A stretch of 63,990 nucleotides of DNA, filler included, from Pachysolen tannophilus NRRL Y-2460 (Eukaryota), in the NCBI GenBank assembly GCA_001661245.1. It is 29 parts of 29 records of this genome, joined end to end, with 100 filler letters (N's around TTAATTAATTAA, not from the genome) between each part and the next. Parts side by side here need not be neighbours in the genome. Positions count along the whole stretch, not along the records: positions 60,604 to 62,363 come from KV454049.1; positions 62,464 to 63,990 come from KV454065.1; 27 more parts are not named here. One strand, given 5' to 3'. The notes below the pieces were generated by a model. The model was not told the origin of the DNA and ran no database searches. It saw only the letters and a program-made list of their open reading frames with translations. Shown one piece after another: positions 61,359-63,990 of the stretch; positions within the stretch are counted from its first letter, which is position 1, and each line of letters opens with the position of its first letter. A program made the position numbers and the translations under genes.

Positions 61359-62520
61359 TATCTTCTAGTTTTACTTGATCTTTATTTTTTTCCAATAATA
61401 ATAAAATAAATCTTTAAAATATAATTCTCTCTAAATATATTTTCGTTTTCGTCTTTTTTTTTTTCTTTTTTTTTTTTTTTCCAAAGCTTTAACCAAAACA
61501 CTTTATTTTAACTAGTAAATAATAAGTAATTGAAAAAAATTAATTGTAATTGGCTGAAATATTGACACGTCTTTTGGAAAATTAAGAATTATTGGCAGAC
61601 AAAAAAGAAAAAGATGAAAAAGATGAAAACTGTAGTTGTTGCTGTTGGGCAGAAAGAGAGAAAGAGATACACTACTTTTCAATGTATTAATAATAAAAAG
61701 TCTCTTTGTTTTCCGTACACCATTTCGTACACCTTTCAGGCATCAATTTAAGGGAAAATTTCAAAATTTAGAAATTGATAATTTTTATTAGATAGATATA
61801 GGTAAAGTTTAAATTTCAAATTGAAATCTGTGTAAAAAAAAATAATATTACTTTAATTTTGTTTTGATTTCAGTGGGAAACACGTTTAAATACCATGCTT
61901 TCTTTTTTTTTTTTTTTTTTTTTTTTTTTGCCCTTTAAAATTTTAAAGGCTACGAAATATCAAATACCGCTTTGCTAATATTTTGTATTTGATTCACTCA
62001 TTATTGGTTTATTATTATTCTCTTTTAATTTTTTAAGTGGCACGCGCACTCTCACTCTCACTCGCACTCGCATGCGTATGCGCAACTGCGAGTGCAAGTG
62101 CGTATCTAGATAAATTAATTTAATTCACCTATATATATATGTAATATATAATTGAGATCTGTTAGAATATTCTTTAATGCTGGTCGTGTGCCCGTTTCTC
62201 AATATTATATTTTTCCAGAAACTTCTCAACCTTCTCAAATAGTCTCCTACTCGGAGAAGTGAGAGATCAGTTATTTTATTGTTTTTTTTTTTTTTTGTAT
62301 TTCCATTGCTCTAAGCTTTTTGAACCTGGCTAATCTTAACTTAAATTACTAATTCTAAAGAGANNNNNNNNNNNNNNNNNNNNNNNNNNNNNNNNNNNNN
62401 NNNNNNNTTAATTAATTAANNNNNNNNNNNNNNNNNNNNNNNNNNNNNNNNNNNNNNNNNNNNAAAAAAAAAAACATTTAGAGATTGAAGAACGCGCGTT
62501 AATGCATGAGAAACATTTTC

Positions 62521-62594
62521 GACTTCGTGGCCAAGTTGGTTAAGGCGTGTGACTGTTAATCACAAGATCGCTGGTTCGACTCCAGCCGTTGTCG
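62521..62594 (+). tRNA. tRNA-Asn(GUU)
   Basis: TGGCCAAGTTGGTTAAGG D-arm, TGTGA-CTGTTAA-TCACA anticodon arm, GCTGG-TTCGACT-CCAGC T-arm. Confidence 0.92.
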
Positions 62595-62620
62595 CTTCTT
62601 TTTTCCTTTTTTTTTGCATT

Positions 62621-63436
62621 TTAATTTTTGGTTGGAGAAATAAAGTAATTCAGTTGAAACCATTTCAATTGCTCTATACTTTCCAATATATCAGCCTTTG
62701 CTGTATGTTCACATTTCTTATTAGGACACTTATTGGCAATTGTTGGGTTGTGTCTTTTACAAATTTCAGTTATTGTAGAAACATCGATGATTCTATAAAA
62801 AAGATAATCCACTATTTTTGGCATTTCTCTAACCATAAATATTCTATCCATATGAACAGAATTACCTGCCAATACTCCTTTATTGGGACTAATATATTTT
62901 GAAATATACAGTAATAATTCATTTTCAACTTGTTGTAGTGTCTTGGAAGATTCAATTACTTTTTGTGTTAACCCACTAGAACCGTGATGTTCTATACACC
63001 ATTCATTCATCTTATCCATTATAGATTTATCATAATGAATCACACTTTCATAACCTTCTTCATCAATGATATTTAAATCTTTATCTGTAATTATACAACA
63101 TATTTCGATAATATGATCATTGAAAACGTCTAAACCAGTCATTTCACAATCAATCCATACAATTGGTTTTAAATGATCCATATTCATCTTTGGTCTCTCT
63201 GGAAGACTATCAGGTAATTGTGAATTGGGTTCAGGGATTCGTGGTAAATCTCCTGAAGTTAACTTGATTTTTTTCAATTGTTGTTTTTGTAAATCCGATG
63301 ACATCTTCAAATTATTATTATGGAAATTACTTTTCTGATATGAATATGAAAATTTTTTTTTGTTAAATTTTATATACCGATAAAACTGTTTTGTCAATGA
63401 ATACCTAACAAATTTATCAACACTCTTTCCAAGCAT
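62621..63436 (-). CDS. REX2: Oligoribonuclease (DEDDh) with putative mitochondrial presequence
   Basis: IVWIDCEMTGLD, LAGNSVHMDR, YRIIDVST, HTAKADILESI. Confidence 0.94.
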   Translation of the reverse strand: MLGKSVDKFVRYSLTKQFYRYIKFNKKKFSYSYQKSNFHNNNLKMSSDLQKQQLKKIKLTSGDLPRIPEPNSQLPDSLPERPKMNMDHLKPIVWIDCEMTGLDVFNDHIIEICCIITDKDLNIIDEEGYESVIHYDKSIMDKMNEWCIEHHGSSGLTQKVIESSKTLQQVENELLLYISKYISPNKGVLAGNSVHMDRIFMVREMPKIVDYLFYRIIDVSTITEICKRHNPTIANKCPNKKCEHTAKADILESIEQLKWFQLNYFISPTKN

Positions 63437-63990
63437 CAATGCTAATAGTAAAATGAGTTTAATTACAATTAAAACTATTATCTTAGATGATTTTTTTTAT
63501 TATGCAGAGAAAAATTTTTATCATACAGAAAGGGAAAAAAATCTGTGGGAAGTTTTGTTAAATTATATATAATTCAAGATCTTTGACCCCTGATCAATAA
63601 CCAAAAATTTACTATTAAAGGCTTCAAATCTCTCAGATTTTAAAAACAAACTGAAAATCTGATTATCTACAATAAATACTACTCTTGAACTTATATAAAC
63701 GGGGTTAACTATCTCCATACATAAAGACTCGTTTCTTCCATACTGAAAAGTATTTACAAATTATTATAAAAATTTAACCGTTTTCTTTTATTTTTTTTTT
63801 ATTAATCTTTCAGATCTAATAAATAGCAACAGCTTGACATGGCCTTCTCTTATCGAATTAACAGTTAGTTTCTTTTCATCTTATTAATGAAGTACTAAAT
63901 AGTTGGCGTCACTGACGCTAAATGAGTATGTCTCTTGACACTTGAATGGTGACACGAGATCTCTAGTTAAAAAAAAAAAAAAAAAAAAAA

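Overview
AT-rich budding-yeast (Saccharomycotina) nuclear DNA. The window is not a contiguous locus. It is 29 short contigs (about 3.1 kb falling to 1.5 kb) sorted by decreasing length and joined by roughly 100-nt N-TTAATTAATTAA-N linkers, so gene neighbourhood across gaps means nothing. It holds about 27 mostly housekeeping protein genes: LCB2, MRP20, RPB7, ACH1, ARG7, ArgRS, DGK1, PRI1, ARF, PRS1, a Gti1/Pac2 factor, a J-protein, an RPN7 fragment, PPH21/22, TUB2, COR1, RPL8, PIN2, BIK1, GLC7, a UBR7-like gene, RPS21, BMH, NOP1, QCR6 and REX2, plus three unassigned ORFs. There are two tRNAs and about 11 spliceosomal introns, and QCR6 and RPS21 are missed by the ORF track. The strongest biological signal is a non-standard genetic code. 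In-frame CTG falls at positions that are Ser or polar in orthologues and inside Ser/Gln runs, indicating CUG=Ser, with one site that would suit Leu. The supplied translations are therefore wrong at CTG. Other items worth checking are an apparent +1 frameshift at CTT-AGA-A in the UBR7-like gene, an ORF-free contig with clustered Mcm1/forkhead sites, a candidate structured RNA, and dual-start genes. Orthologue comparisons are from memory, not from database searches.
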